A DNA stretch of 64,000 nt from Tolypothrix carrinoi HA7290-LM1 (GTDB lineage Bacteria; Cyanobacteriota; Cyanobacteriia; Cyanobacteriales; Nostocaceae). Positions 1-9,215 of the stretch are shown here, piece by piece. Both the position numbers and the translations under genes were made by a program. The stretch covers positions 32,001-96,000 of the forward strand of contig JAHHIK010000006.1 of NCBI GenBank assembly GCA_019358935.1, written 5' to 3'. Under the pieces are notes generated by a model, which was not told the origin of the DNA, searched no databases, and saw only the letters and a list, made by a program, of their open reading frames with translations. Numbering within the stretch: position 1 is the first letter of the stretch; each line of letters begins with the position of its first letter.

Positions 1-399
1 CTCAGCTTGTGCCAACAACTGCTCTAATTCTTGCAGAAATTGTTCTCTTACGCACTCTTGTGCGGCTGTTGGTTTGACAATTACTACTAGTCTGAATCCC
101 GGTAATAATTTGGGCAACAGTTTATGCAAAGCTGCTGCTATCTGCCTTTTGAGCCGATTGCGAACTACTGCCCGTTTGCTGACTTTGGTGCTAATCGAAA
201 TGCCAATGCGGGTGCTGACAAGATTTGCCGAATCAGTCGGTTGTGTAGTTGTCGCGGCAGCATCCAAAGAAGGCACTCTTGAAGATGACGGTCGTAAGGC
301 TCTCAATGTTAAATAAGAACCATGACGACGAGTTCCTTCTCGGAAGACTGCCTGAAAATCTTTGCGTGATTTTAGCCGATTTGCTTTAGGTAAAGCCAC
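1..399 (-). CDS. rnpA: Ribonuclease P protein component (3' end runs off the window)
   Basis: Manual translation from GTG at 399: MALPKANRLKSRKDFQAVFREG...ISISTKVSKRAVVRNRLKRQI...FLQELEQLLAQAE; directly downstream of rpmH. Not in the ORF track. Confidence 0.93.
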   Translation of the reverse strand, partial: MALPKANRLKSRKDFQAVFREGTRRHGSYLTLRALRPSSSRVPSLDAAATTTQPTDSANLVSTRIGISISTKVSKRAVVRNRLKRQIAAALHKLLPKLLPGFRLVVIVKPTAAQECVREQFLQELEQLLAQAE

Positions 400-426
400 A
401 GATAAATGCGATCGCCTTTAAATACC

Positions 427-561
427 CTAAACGCTCAAACGATGACGCCCCTTTTGTCTCCTAGCCCGGATCACGTTTCTTCCATCCGGTGTCCGCATTC
501 TGGCACGAAAACCAGAAGTTCTTTTTCTCTTACGGCTAGTGCCACCCAAAGTTCTCTGCAT
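427..561 (-). CDS. rpmH: 50S ribosomal protein L34
   Basis: Manual translation [44 protein letters not shown] (44 aa), followed by rnpA. Confidence 0.97.
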   Translation of the reverse strand: MQRTLGGTSRKRKRTSGFRARMRTPDGRNVIRARRQKGRHRLSV

Positions 562-617
562 ACTGTTCTCCTCTTAGGCTTCTATAAAAACTCACAATCT
601 GGTATTTTACCACATTA

Positions 618-902
618 TGGGGAATGGGGAATGGGTAATTGGGAACGTGGGCATTGGGCATTGGGGAGGACACCTGCACAGGAAGGGTTTCCCGACTTGA
701 GCAGTGTGTCCGCCATCGGCAGTGCGGTCTTGGGGATCACCTGCGTGGAGCACCTGCCGTCATAGGGCATTGGTAATTATTTTTATTCTCTATTACCCAT
801 TCCCCCAACGGGAGAGCCAGAGCCGGCACGAGGGAAACCCTCCCGCAGCGCTGGACTCACCATTACCCATTACCCATTACCCATTCCCCATTCCCCATTC
901 CC
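618..902. repeat. Inverted STRR 7-mer arrays (TGGGGAA/TGGGCAT vs CCCATTA/CCCATTC) with embedded short palindromic repeats
   Basis: Heptamer runs at both ends; GC-rich hairpin elements at about 665-760 and 823-861. Confidence 0.8.
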
Positions 903-1414
903 TAACTAACGTTGATAATCCAGGTTCCTACGTAACGCAGTAGTGGTACATCGCCTGGGGAGAGTACTTGACAATTAAAGTAAAATGTGCCACCGAAGGC
1001 TGGGTTTTGGACGTTAGACAATTCCAAGACAACGTTAGTACCTGCGGGAACTGGCTCTTCTGGGAAGATTTCAATTACCCGTCCTTCTTTATCCCACTTC
1101 ACCTCAGATACGGCAACTTTTTTGTTATTGACGAGTACGTTAATCTTTTTGGGGTCAAAAGTCCCTTTGTAATAATTTGGATAGTTAACGACGAATTGAG
1201 CCACTGCCAATTTCATCTTTTTGGCGGGAATTCTCAGATTATAGCGATCCCATCCATTTGTTTGACCGCCAAAATCTAACCGGAAAGGTAGCTGGTTTTT
1301 GCCTTCAATCCCGCTAAAGAGTGTAAATCCAGGTAAGCCCTGTGCCAAGGTGACGGCTGGCAGCCCAGTCACCAAACAGCCAGTCACGGCTAAAGCCGAA
1401 AGTAAACGTCGCAT
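902..1414 (-). CDS. DUF2808-like secreted cyanobacterial protein
   Basis: Signal peptide plus PEEPVPAG...NVQNP..GGTFYF...YVGTW motifs; usual neighbour of rpmH in cyanobacteria. Confidence 0.8.
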   Translation of the reverse strand: MRRLLSALAVTGCLVTGLPAVTLAQGLPGFTLFSGIEGKNQLPFRLDFGGQTNGWDRYNLRIPAKKMKLAVAQFVVNYPNYYKGTFDPKKINVLVNNKKVAVSEVKWDKEGRVIEIFPEEPVPAGTNVVLELSNVQNPAFGGTFYFNCQVLSPGDVPLLRYVGTWIINVS

Positions 1415-2179
1415 TGTTAGGCTCCTCTGACAGATATAAGTCTTTTATCTAAATAACTGGGCGTTATTGTTCTTAACTAAACTTTACTACTGACTTGATG
1501 AGAATGGACGTTAATTGGCAAGGAAAAGTGCCGCAACAAGAAACGTCAACTGCCGGAAAATCAAAATATCACAGTAAGCTGCTTTACTTGATATATAAAG
1601 ACTTTTCCGGGTTCTTTCGGAGATTGTCATGTTTGATTTCGCTTATGCTTGGTTGCGAGTACGCTCCTTCATTACGAGTTGAGTTTGAATTGTATGGAAA
1701 ACACGCTCTCTTAAGTGGATTGTGTTTCTAAATATGTAGAAATGTGTCTAAAATAAAGAAGTTTGTGATAAAAGTTGATTGACTAAGAGAGCGATCGCCT
1801 GTTGATTTGCGCTAAATTCATGGTTGATAAACTTTACTGCAAGCAGGAAGCATTCAGATTTTTCAGGGGAATAAGCAAGTTAAGAGAATATGATGAATCT
1901 TCCGCAATGTAAAGAAAAAATACAAAAATTTTTCAATGCCTAAAAGAAGTTGAAGACAAAGATGCAAAATTTGGGGTTCAACATAGGATGTGCAGTATGT
2001 AGCTATGAATGCAATTGCCTGAAATGATGACATCTGCGATTCCCCAAGCGCAAAGGCTCCTTCCTATGCTTGACAATAGCTGATAGCCTGAACACACTTG
2101 CTATCTCCTGCGCTAAATCCGGAAATTGGCAAAATTTTGCTTTCTTGCAGACAATAGGTATTTCTTTCAAGGAGATTTC

Positions 2180-3340
2180 ATGAAAATAGCGGTTGCTAAA
2201 GAAATAGAAGTTTGTGAACGTCGTGTAGCATTAATTCCCGATACCGTAGCCCGATTGGTAAAACAAGGCTTGGAAGTTTGGGTAGAAGCGGGTGCGGGTG
2301 AGCGAGCATTTTTCGCTGATAGTGCTTATGAAGCAGCAGGAGCGAAAATTATCGCGGATACTGCCACTTTATGGGGTGAAGCAGATATTTTGCTCAAGGT
2401 AAGTCCACCGCAAGAGCGAGAAGATGGACGCTCAGAAGTTGATTTACTTCATGAGGGAGCTGTATTAATTAGCTTTCTCAATCCTTTGGGAAACCCGGTA
2501 GTAGCACAGCAACTAGCAAATCGCAAAGTCACAGCTTTGAGTATAGAGATGATCCCCCGTACTACCAGGGCACAAAGCATGGATGCTTTATCTTCGCAAG
2601 CGTCAATCGCGGGATATAAAGCGGTATTAATTGGTGCAGCGGCGTTACCAAAATACTTCCCAATGCTGACGACAGCCGCTGGTACGATCGCTCCCGCGAA
2701 AGTATTTATTATGGGGGCAGGTGTGGCAGGATTGCAAGCGATCGCCACCGCCCGACGTTTGGGATCTGTTGTCGAAGCTTTTGATATTCGTCCCGCTGTG
2801 AAAGAAGAAGTGCAAAGCTTGGGAGCGAAATTCGTCGAAGTCAAACTCGAAGAAGAAACCGTTGCCGCTGGTGGTTACGCTAAAGAAATTTCCGAAGCTA
2901 GCAAACAGCGCACTCAAGAAGTTGTCACCGAACACGTCAAAAACGCGGATATCGTCATTACTACCGCTCAAGTTCCTGGGAAAAAAGCACCATTGTTGGT
3001 AACAGAAGAAATGGTAGCGCAAATGAAACCAGGTTCAGTAATTGTCGATATCGCTGCCGAACAAGGTGGTAATTGTGCTTGCACCGATCCCGGCAAAGAT
3101 ATTGTCTGGAATGGCGTTACTATCATCGGTCCGATTAATCTACCATCATCAATGCCAGTCCACGCCAGCCAATTGTACGCGAAAAACGTCACATCTTTGA
3201 TGCAATTGCTGATTAAAGACAAAGCATTACAGGTGAACTTTGCTGACGACATCGTTGATGCAGCTTGTATTACCCACGCAGGCGAAATTCGTAACTCACG
3301 GGTGCAAGATGCGCTACAAGCTTTTAGCAGTGTTCGGTAA
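2180..3340 (+). CDS. pntA: NAD(P) transhydrogenase subunit alpha, part 1
   Basis: MKIAVAKE..ERRVALIP, RAQSMDALSSQ, GAGVAGLQA; GGAG RBS before ATG 2180. Confidence 0.96.
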   Translation: MKIAVAKEIEVCERRVALIPDTVARLVKQGLEVWVEAGAGERAFFADSAYEAAGAKIIADTATLWGEADILLKVSPPQEREDGRSEVDLLHEGAVLISFLNPLGNPVVAQQLANRKVTALSIEMIPRTTRAQSMDALSSQASIAGYKAVLIGAAALPKYFPMLTTAAGTIAPAKVFIMGAGVAGLQAIATARRLGSVVEAFDIRPAVKEEVQSLGAKFVEVKLEEETVAAGGYAKEISEASKQRTQEVVTEHVKNADIVITTAQVPGKKAPLLVTEEMVAQMKPGSVIVDIAAEQGGNCACTDPGKDIVWNGVTIIGPINLPSSMPVHASQLYAKNVTSLMQLLIKDKALQVNFADDIVDAACITHAGEIRNSRVQDALQAFSSVR

Positions 3341-3500
3341 TAGGTAATGGGGAATGGGGAATGGGGAATGGGGAATGGGGAATGGGGAATGGGGAATGGG
3401 GAATGGGGAATGGGGAATGGGGAATGGATAATATACTTTTCTGACGTTCCCAATTACCAATTACCAATTACCAATTCTCAATTCCCAATTCGCAATTCGC
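3341..3500. repeat. STRR array (TGGGGAA)n with opposing CCAATTA/CCAATTC array
   Basis: About 11 tandem TGGGGAA units at 3348-3427, then related opposite-sense heptamers at 3449-3500. Confidence 0.9.
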
Positions 3501-3518
3501 AAACGGAGTTTTTCATTG

Positions 3519-3809
3519 ATGACAGAAGCATTAATTGCAGCTTTATTTGTATTCGTTCTCGCATCATTTACTGGCTTTGAAATCATCAACAAAATACCGC
3601 CAACGCTACACACACCCTTAATGTCAGGCTCAAATGCTATTTCGGGAATTGCGGTACTTGGGGCAATTGTGGCTAGTGGTGCGAGAGAGACGAATCTTTC
3701 GGTAATTCTTGGTTTGATTGCTGTGGTATTAGCGATGGTTAACGTGGTGGGTGGTTTCCTCGTCACGGATCGGATGTTGCAAATGTTCAAGAAAAAGGCA
3801 AATGGTTAG
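3519..3809 (+). CDS. pntA: NAD(P) transhydrogenase subunit alpha, part 2 (membrane domain)
   Basis: LHTPLMSGSNAISG and NVVGGFLVTDRMLQMF motifs. Confidence 0.95.
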   Translation: MTEALIAALFVFVLASFTGFEIINKIPPTLHTPLMSGSNAISGIAVLGAIVASGARETNLSVILGLIAVVLAMVNVVGGFLVTDRMLQMFKKKANG

Positions 3810-3960
3810 TGGTTAGTAGTTAGTGGATAGTGGTTAGTGGATAGTGGTTAGTGGATAGTGGTTAGTGGTTAGCAACTATCACCTATCACCTATCAACTAT
3901 CACCTATCAACTATCAACTATCAACTATCAACTATCAACTATCAACCAACAACTAATAAC
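3803..3960. repeat. Inverted STRR arrays (TGGTTAG/TGGATAG vs CTATCAA/CTATCAC)
   Basis: Heptamer tandem runs between pntA part 2 and pntB. Confidence 0.85.
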
Positions 3961-3975
3961 GAACTACCACTGATT

Positions 3976-5382
3976 ATGAGCGATTTTCTTCCAACTGGGA
4001 TTCAGTTAACGTACTTGGTTGCTGCATCTTTATTTATTCTCGGTTTGAAAAAGCTGGGTTCACCTGCGACAGCACGAAATGGTAATGTGATTGCAGCGGT
4101 GGGTATGTTGCTGGCGATTGTGGCAACGCTGCTGGATCAGAAGGTGTTGAATTACGAGATGATTTTGTTAGGTTTGGCGATCGGCTCGGTAATTGGTGCG
4201 ATCGTTGCTTACAAAGTCCAAATGACGGAAATGCCCCAAATGGTGGGTTTACTCAACGGTTTGGGTGGTGCAGCTTCTGCGCTGGTTGCTGTTGCGGAAT
4301 TTTGGCGTTTGCTCGATCATGGTGAAGCAATACCCCTGGATGTCAACATCTCGATGCTGTTAGATGTGTTGATTGGTGGTGTGACTTTCACCGGTAGTTT
4401 TCTTGCCTTTGCCAAATTGCAAGGTTTAATTAGCGGTTCTCCAATTACGTTTCCGTTGCAGCAACCGTTTAACCTTTTGCTTCTCGGTGCTTATATAGCA
4501 GGCAGTGCCTATTTAATCGTATCCCCCCACAGCCTACCTGTATTTCTAGGGGTGGTTGCCGTTTCTCTGGTGCTGGGTGTGATGTTTGTCATCCCCATCG
4601 GTGGCGGTGATATGCCTGTGGTAATTTCGCTGTTAAACTCGTTATCGGGGATCGCTGCTGCTGCTGCTGGTTTCGTGGTGATGAACAATATGTTAATCAT
4701 CGCTGGTGCTTTGGTGGGAGCATCTGGTTTAATCCTTACCGAGATTATGTGTAAGGCAATGAACCGCTCTTTATTTAGTGTGCTATTTAGTGCTTTTGGT
4801 TCAGCGTCTGCATCTGGTGGTGGTGCTGGTGGTGGTAGTGCGATCGACCAAACTGTTCGCAGCATCGATCCCGAAGAAGGCGCGATGATGTTGGGTTATG
4901 CTCGTTCTGTGGTAATTGTACCCGGTTATGGGATGGCGGTAGCACAGGCACAGCATAGCGTGCGCGAGTTGGCAGATCAACTAGAGCGCATGGGTGTTGA
5001 TGTTAAGTATGCGATTCATCCGGTTGCTGGTAGAATGCCGGGACATATGAATGTGTTGTTGGCTGAAGCGAATGTGCCTTATACTCAGCTTCACGACATG
5101 GAGGATATTAATCCTCAGTTTGAGCAAGCGGATGTGGCTTTGGTAATTGGCGCAAATGATGTAGTAAATCCGGCGGCGCGGAGTGATGCAAATAGCCCAA
5201 TTTATGGTATGCCGATTCTAGAAGTGGATAAGGCAAAGCAGACGATTGTAATTAAGCGCGGGATGAGTACGGGTTTTGCCGGTGTAGATAATGAGTTGTT
5301 CTACAAGGATAAGACTACGATGCTCTTTGGTAGCGCGAAGGATATGGTAGCGAAGTTGGTTTCTGAGGTGAAGCAACTGTAA
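3976..5382 (+). CDS. pntB: NAD(P) transhydrogenase subunit beta
   Basis: MTEMPQMV, IGGGDMPVVIS, HPVAGRMPGHMNVLLAEA, GANDVVNPAA; true start is ATG 3976, the upstream extension being repeat-derived. Confidence 0.97.
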   Translation: MSDFLPTGIQLTYLVAASLFILGLKKLGSPATARNGNVIAAVGMLLAIVATLLDQKVLNYEMILLGLAIGSVIGAIVAYKVQMTEMPQMVGLLNGLGGAASALVAVAEFWRLLDHGEAIPLDVNISMLLDVLIGGVTFTGSFLAFAKLQGLISGSPITFPLQQPFNLLLLGAYIAGSAYLIVSPHSLPVFLGVVAVSLVLGVMFVIPIGGGDMPVVISLLNSLSGIAAAAAGFVVMNNMLIIAGALVGASGLILTEIMCKAMNRSLFSVLFSAFGSASASGGGAGGGSAIDQTVRSIDPEEGAMMLGYARSVVIVPGYGMAVAQAQHSVRELADQLERMGVDVKYAIHPVAGRMPGHMNVLLAEANVPYTQLHDMEDINPQFEQADVALVIGANDVVNPAARSDANSPIYGMPILEVDKAKQTIVIKRGMSTGFAGVDNELFYKDKTTMLFGSAKDMVAKLVSEVKQL

Positions 5383-5549
5383 ACGAACCGCAGAGAAGCA
5401 GCGGAAAGTCTGAGCGGAGGTTTCCTCCGATCAGAGCTTTCCAAGAGAGAGAGCGCAGAGTAAAGAGAGTTTGCCTTGGGGGTGTTATGCTCCTGAGGCA
5501 AGCTTTTTTGTATATTTTACCAAGGTTTTTATTGCTCTTATCTATATTG

Positions 5550-6686
5550 TTATTCAGTTGTAAAATGCACGATATTTCTACTGTAGGACAAGTTATTAGC
5601 CAAAAGAGTTGTAATAGGTAAATGAGTTGGTTCAAAAATACTGATAGAGTAAGCTTTAGTAAGCCAATAAATCTCTTCTGTTAGGCTTGAAATTTTCTTA
5701 TATCCATAGACTTTTTTGATTTTGAGTGGATTAGGTACAGTTCCTGTAGTTCGCAAAGATTGATCATTTGTAATTAAATATGATATGTCATTTGCGAAGA
5801 TATAATACCCCATAAAACCATCTAAATATATAGTTTCATTATTGTAATTTGAGTAAAAACCAATTCGGGGTACTGCACTTTTGATAACTTCAACTAAATT
5901 GTATTTTGAAATTTTAACTTCATCCATTACTTTATGAAAGTATTCTAATTCCTTCTGAGTTATTAGACCATCTCTATGTATAGTAATACCATTAATATGT
6001 CTAGGTAAGTGTTTTACTATCCATTTAAATGCTCTAACTAACTCCTCATAAGAAATGACTTCATTAAATTGTAAGTTTTTCCTAGTGTAAGGTTTTTGTA
6101 GAAGGCAACCAAAGTTATCAATTACCGTTATAGTTAAATTACTCAATTTATCTGTATGATTGTGTCCTAAATCAATGCCTATAAAAATATGATCGGGATC
6201 TTGAGGATCAACATCTTTAATTTTCCAAGGAATAGCTTTATTCTTTAAACCTAATTTTAATAATGAATTAGCAATAACATTCTCATTCAAGCTATTTACT
6301 ATAACAAATGCCAAGCTATTTTTTTTAAGAGTTTCTGCCAGATGTTTATTAATTAAATCTATTTTTTCTAGCTGAATTTTGTCATTCAGTTTAACTTCCT
6401 TAGTATCAATCAAATGTAGTATGTAACTATATTGTGTATTTTCCAGTTGAGATTCTAGAGAATCTTGACTAAAATTATTATAATCAAAAACTATAACATC
6501 TGCATCATAAATGGGTGCTACAAAATTTTTATATAAAAATTTTAATCTATCATTTATATTTTTTACTATTTCTGATAATGGTTCTATTGCAAGCTGGCGG
6601 CTAGATACTACAAGTTTTAGCTCTAATTTTTCAGGCATTTTGAATACACCTGACTTATTTAAACCTTTTGGTGCTGTGTAATGCAA
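5550..6686 (-). CDS. Argonaute L2-MID-PIWI portion
   Basis: Tetrad codons D 6171-6173, E 6060-6062, D 5970-5972, N 5595-5597; possible restart at ATG 6638 with AGGTG 8 nt upstream. Confidence 0.85.
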   Translation of the reverse strand: MHYTAPKGLNKSGVFKMPEKLELKLVVSSRQLAIEPLSEIVKNINDRLKFLYKNFVAPIYDADVIVFDYNNFSQDSLESQLENTQYSYILHLIDTKEVKLNDKIQLEKIDLINKHLAETLKKNSLAFVIVNSLNENVIANSLLKLGLKNKAIPWKIKDVDPQDPDHIFIGIDLGHNHTDKLSNLTITVIDNFGCLLQKPYTRKNLQFNEVISYEELVRAFKWIVKHLPRHINGITIHRDGLITQKELEYFHKVMDEVKISKYNLVEVIKSAVPRIGFYSNYNNETIYLDGFMGYYIFANDISYLITNDQSLRTTGTVPNPLKIKKVYGYKKISSLTEEIYWLTKAYSISIFEPTHLPITTLLANNLSYSRNIVHFTTE

Positions 6687-6788
6687 ATCTCCATCAGCAA
6701 ATAGATACTTTCTTGTTATATGAATAATTTTATAGCGGTAATTTATCTTATTGATATCTTCAAAAAAAATAATATTAGATTGATTATC

Positions 6789-6977
6789 CGCCTTCGGCGG
6801 AAGGCAGAAGGCAGAGGGCAGAGGGCAGAAGGTATAAATTATGTCTTTGATTCAGCCTTCTGGCTGGAGCCAACTGGGTATAAAACCCCACCGTCTACAC
6901 GGTGTCTTCAATCGGTTGGGGTTTGAATCCCCATCCGATTGCTCCTTCTGCCTTCTGCCTCCTGCCCTCTGCCTTTC
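6789..6977. mobile_element. MITE-like palindromic repeat (about 186-189 bp) inserted in the Argonaute gene
   Basis: GC-rich block in an AT-rich gene; arms of AGGCAGA/GGGCAGA heptamers (6801-6832) and TCTGCCT/TCTGCCC heptamers (6944-6975); internal hairpins; CCGCC-TTC-GGCGG hairpin at the left edge. Confidence 0.85.
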
Positions 6978-7931
6978 TTCAATTGAGCTTTTTTCTAAAT
7001 CATTTATTAAGGTCATTGTATCTTGTAGATTAGTTTGCTCAAACCAAAATTTTTCTTTTGAAAATCTAAGATTCTCACACCTCTGACTAAAAGCTTCAGT
7101 TGAATCAAATGTATCAAATACATATTCAGGATCTTTTATATCCGAGACATTTTGAACTTTTCTGGATATTGGACGACCTGTTTTGATATTTACTAATCTA
7201 TGATTATTGTAATTTATAGGTTCTTTTAATCCTAATTTATTTACTGAATTGACTGTTATTGAAAAATTTGTACAACTCAAATTTATCCATATTGTGTCAT
7301 AATCCAGAAATTCAACAGAGTATTCAACTCCTTTCTTTACAATAAATCTATTGTGAACATCTGTAATTATTTTTGTGTTTAAAATTATGCTTTGACTGTT
7401 CTTAAATTCTACATTTATCTGATTGGAGAAGTTGTTTCTAAATCTATTGGACACTTTCTCAATAATCATTTGCTGGCTTATTTCAGCTTGCTTGACACCA
7501 ATAATTTTATATTTCACTGGTATTGCAGTTATAAAAGGCTTAAAGTTTGTGCTAAAAATATCATTAGTTGATTCAAGTTTATCTAAATCTATAATAGATG
7601 TTACTTCTTTATTTTCAAGTTTAAATTTTTTTAAAAATAATGTCACTAATTCTTGATTATGAATTACTCGGTATTTTTGGATAAACAATTTATATTTTGT
7701 ATGGGAAATTTTTTCAGCAATATCATGAATCAGAAAAAATATTAAGGAAACCTGATCTTGAGATATATTATTTTTACATATTAGATACTTGCATTCATAG
7801 ATTGAAAGGTTTGAATTTATCTGATTACTTAAATAAAGAGTATAATAGTCAAATTTATAAATTTTTATTAGATCTACAGATAAATTAGGCACATACACTG
7901 CTGCTGCTTGTACTTTACTGAATAAGAACAT
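6852..7931 (-). CDS. Argonaute N-L1-(reduced PAZ) portion with about 41 repeat-encoded C-terminal residues
   Basis: Same frame as the PIWI ORF; L1-like segment FIVKKGVEYSVEFLDYDTIWINLS; tail RQRAGGRRQKEQ... comes from the insert. Confidence 0.7.
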   Translation of the reverse strand: MFLFSKVQAAAVYVPNLSVDLIKIYKFDYYTLYLSNQINSNLSIYECKYLICKNNISQDQVSLIFFLIHDIAEKISHTKYKLFIQKYRVIHNQELVTLFLKKFKLENKEVTSIIDLDKLESTNDIFSTNFKPFITAIPVKYKIIGVKQAEISQQMIIEKVSNRFRNNFSNQINVEFKNSQSIILNTKIITDVHNRFIVKKGVEYSVEFLDYDTIWINLSCTNFSITVNSVNKLGLKEPINYNNHRLVNIKTGRPISRKVQNVSDIKDPEYVFDTFDSTEAFSQRCENLRFSKEKFWFEQTNLQDTMTLINDLEKSSIEERQRAGGRRQKEQSDGDSNPNRLKTPCRRWGFIPSWLQPEG

Positions 7932-8068
7932 TCTAAGTTTTACCTAAATAAGATTTTATCGACTACAGAGTGCTTGTTGATGCTCTTACTTAGTATTCCC
8001 AGCAGATGCAGATAAATCACATCTAGATATAAAAAGTTGTTATAAATAAGTTTGATGAATAATTCTTG

Positions 8069-8101
8069 TAGGTTGGGTATAGCAAAAGCGAAACCCAACC
8101 A
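8069..8101 (+). repeat. GTAG-type REP-like hairpin
   Basis: GTAGGTTGGGT...AACCCAACC; similar GTAG hairpins at about 16840, 16977, 20507 and 21836. Confidence 0.6.
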
Positions 8102-8394
8102 ATATTTTATCTGACAGACTGATACTTGATTTACAGCCAATATGTACAGTTATCCTGCTTGTCTACTAGCATTTTGTACTATTCCAAAAGACATAGATTG
8201 AAGAGATCATCACTACCCGTAAAAAAAGCGATCATTACTCACCCGTTAATATGCGATCGCCTCTTCTCTTCTTCCTCTGTGTTCTCTGCGGCTCTGCGGT
8301 TAGTTAAAAAAGGCATCGCCTGACTGCAAAATCTGTACTATGCGATCGCCCTCTTCCTCCTTTGCGCCTCTGCGCCTCTGCGTGAGATAAAAAA

Positions 8395-8423
8395 GCGTAG
8401 GCAAAGCCCGCCGCAGGTATTGC
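8395..8423. repeat. 21-nt small dispersed repeat inserted in a HIP1-like site
   Basis: GCG[TAGGCAAAGCCCGCCGCAGGT]ATTGC. Confidence 0.65.
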
Positions 8424-8435
8424 TAGGTTAATTTT

Positions 8436-8885
8436 CTAAATTTCTTGCCATTCTCTAGCATCAATAAAAATAGATAGATGTTTTTTATTGCTTGTGGCAA
8501 TAATAACCTCATGCCCATAATTAGCGACTAAAATAGATTGAGATGCCAAAATTACATCACCATCTAAAGCTTTATTATCTGCTGTAGATTTACCTTGATT
8601 TCTGACTTCAGCCCATAACTCTGCGGCTTTCAACATCACTTCTGTTGTAATAGGAAGATAGATAATTTCTGACTTGAGTTGATTAAGTTTTCTAATTCCT
8701 GATAATTTATTTGCCCTTAACAATTCCCGTCTAATTTCATAATCTATAATTTCTGGTAAAATTACTTCATATCCTCTCTCAAAGAGCGTATAAAACCATT
8801 CTTGACATTGCACAGCTAGAGGCGTTGCTTTTGGATTAGTAATTAATCCCACAGGTGTAGAATCTAAGATAATAACCTTACTCAT
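8436..8885 (-). CDS. PIN-domain (VapC-like) toxin/ribonuclease
   Basis: IILDS..., LPEIIDYEIRREL, ALDGDVILA, ATSNKKHL PIN acidic motifs. Confidence 0.88.
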   Translation of the reverse strand: MSKVIILDSTPVGLITNPKATPLAVQCQEWFYTLFERGYEVILPEIIDYEIRRELLRANKLSGIRKLNQLKSEIIYLPITTEVMLKAAELWAEVRNQGKSTADNKALDGDVILASQSILVANYGHEVIIATSNKKHLSIFIDAREWQEI

Positions 8886-8891
8886 CCGATT

Positions 8892-9215
8892 TTAAATAGA
8901 AATGCCTTTCATAGATTCAATAATTTCTAAAGTTGTTTGTTGTTCTTGTTGTTCATCTAACTCATTCCAGGACTCGAATAATTTTTTAATGTTTTTTTTC
9001 CTTTCTTGTTGTTTAACTGGATCGCTATGATTAATTTCATTGATAGCATTTTCCCAGTGATTTAATGATGTCTTCCTCGTCACACTTTGACGAAATAGAC
9101 GTACAAATTGCAGTAATTCTGGTAGATATTCTTCGGGAGTTTGTTCAATTTCTAATAATAAATCAGCGCGGGGTGTAGTTGATGATTGTGCTGTGATAGG
9201 TTGATTATTGTTCAT
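8892..9215 (-). CDS. Putative antitoxin upstream of the PIN toxin
   Basis: Small ORF ending 6 nt before the PIN gene; LLEIEQTPEEYLPELLQFVRLFR motif typical of cyanobacterial TA partners. Confidence 0.7.
   Translation of the reverse strand: MNNNQPITAQSSTTPRADLLLEIEQTPEEYLPELLQFVRLFRQSVTRKTSLNHWENAINEINHSDPVKQQERKKNIKKLFESWNELDEQQEQQTTLEIIESMKGISI

Larger units (their letters stand above)
5550..7931 (-). pseudogene. ago: Long prokaryotic Argonaute (about 730 aa if the insert is removed), split by an in-frame repeat carrying one TGA; may be expressed as two polypeptides
   Basis: ORFs 6852-7931 and 5550-6686 share one reading frame, which is open on both sides of TGA 6852-6854. L2 motif YLFADG...PKGLNKSGVFKMP; PIWI motifs FIGIDLGH, ITIHRDG, VEVIKS, GTVPNPL, EIYWLT, LPITTLLAN. 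Confidence 0.88.

Noticed and set aside
74..943. Plus-strand ORFs 74-316, 406-765 and 704-943
   Set aside because: Antisense shadows of rnpA and rpmH, or translations of STRR repeats.
1908..1924. NtcA box upstream of pntA
   Set aside because: Spacing is GTA-N9-TAC, not the canonical N8.
2118..2123. DIF1 (TCCGGA) heterocyst promoter motif before pntA; also at about 17843
   Set aside because: A 6-mer alone is expected by chance; no convincing downstream element without TSS data.
5470..5552. attC site downstream of the Argonaute gene (GCATAAC on the minus strand)
   Set aside because: Only a 7-mer; no complementary GTTRRRY arm or stem found.
5550..6686. Classical short pAgo with an APAZ-effector partner
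   Set aside because: The upstream ORF is in the same frame and separated only by a repeat insert; the tetrad is intact; no TIR, SIR2 or nuclease motif is recognisable upstream.
6840..6870. Selenocysteine recoding of the Argonaute TGA
   Set aside because: The TGA lies in repeat-derived sequence at the 3' side of a small hairpin; no SECIS-like element can be supported.
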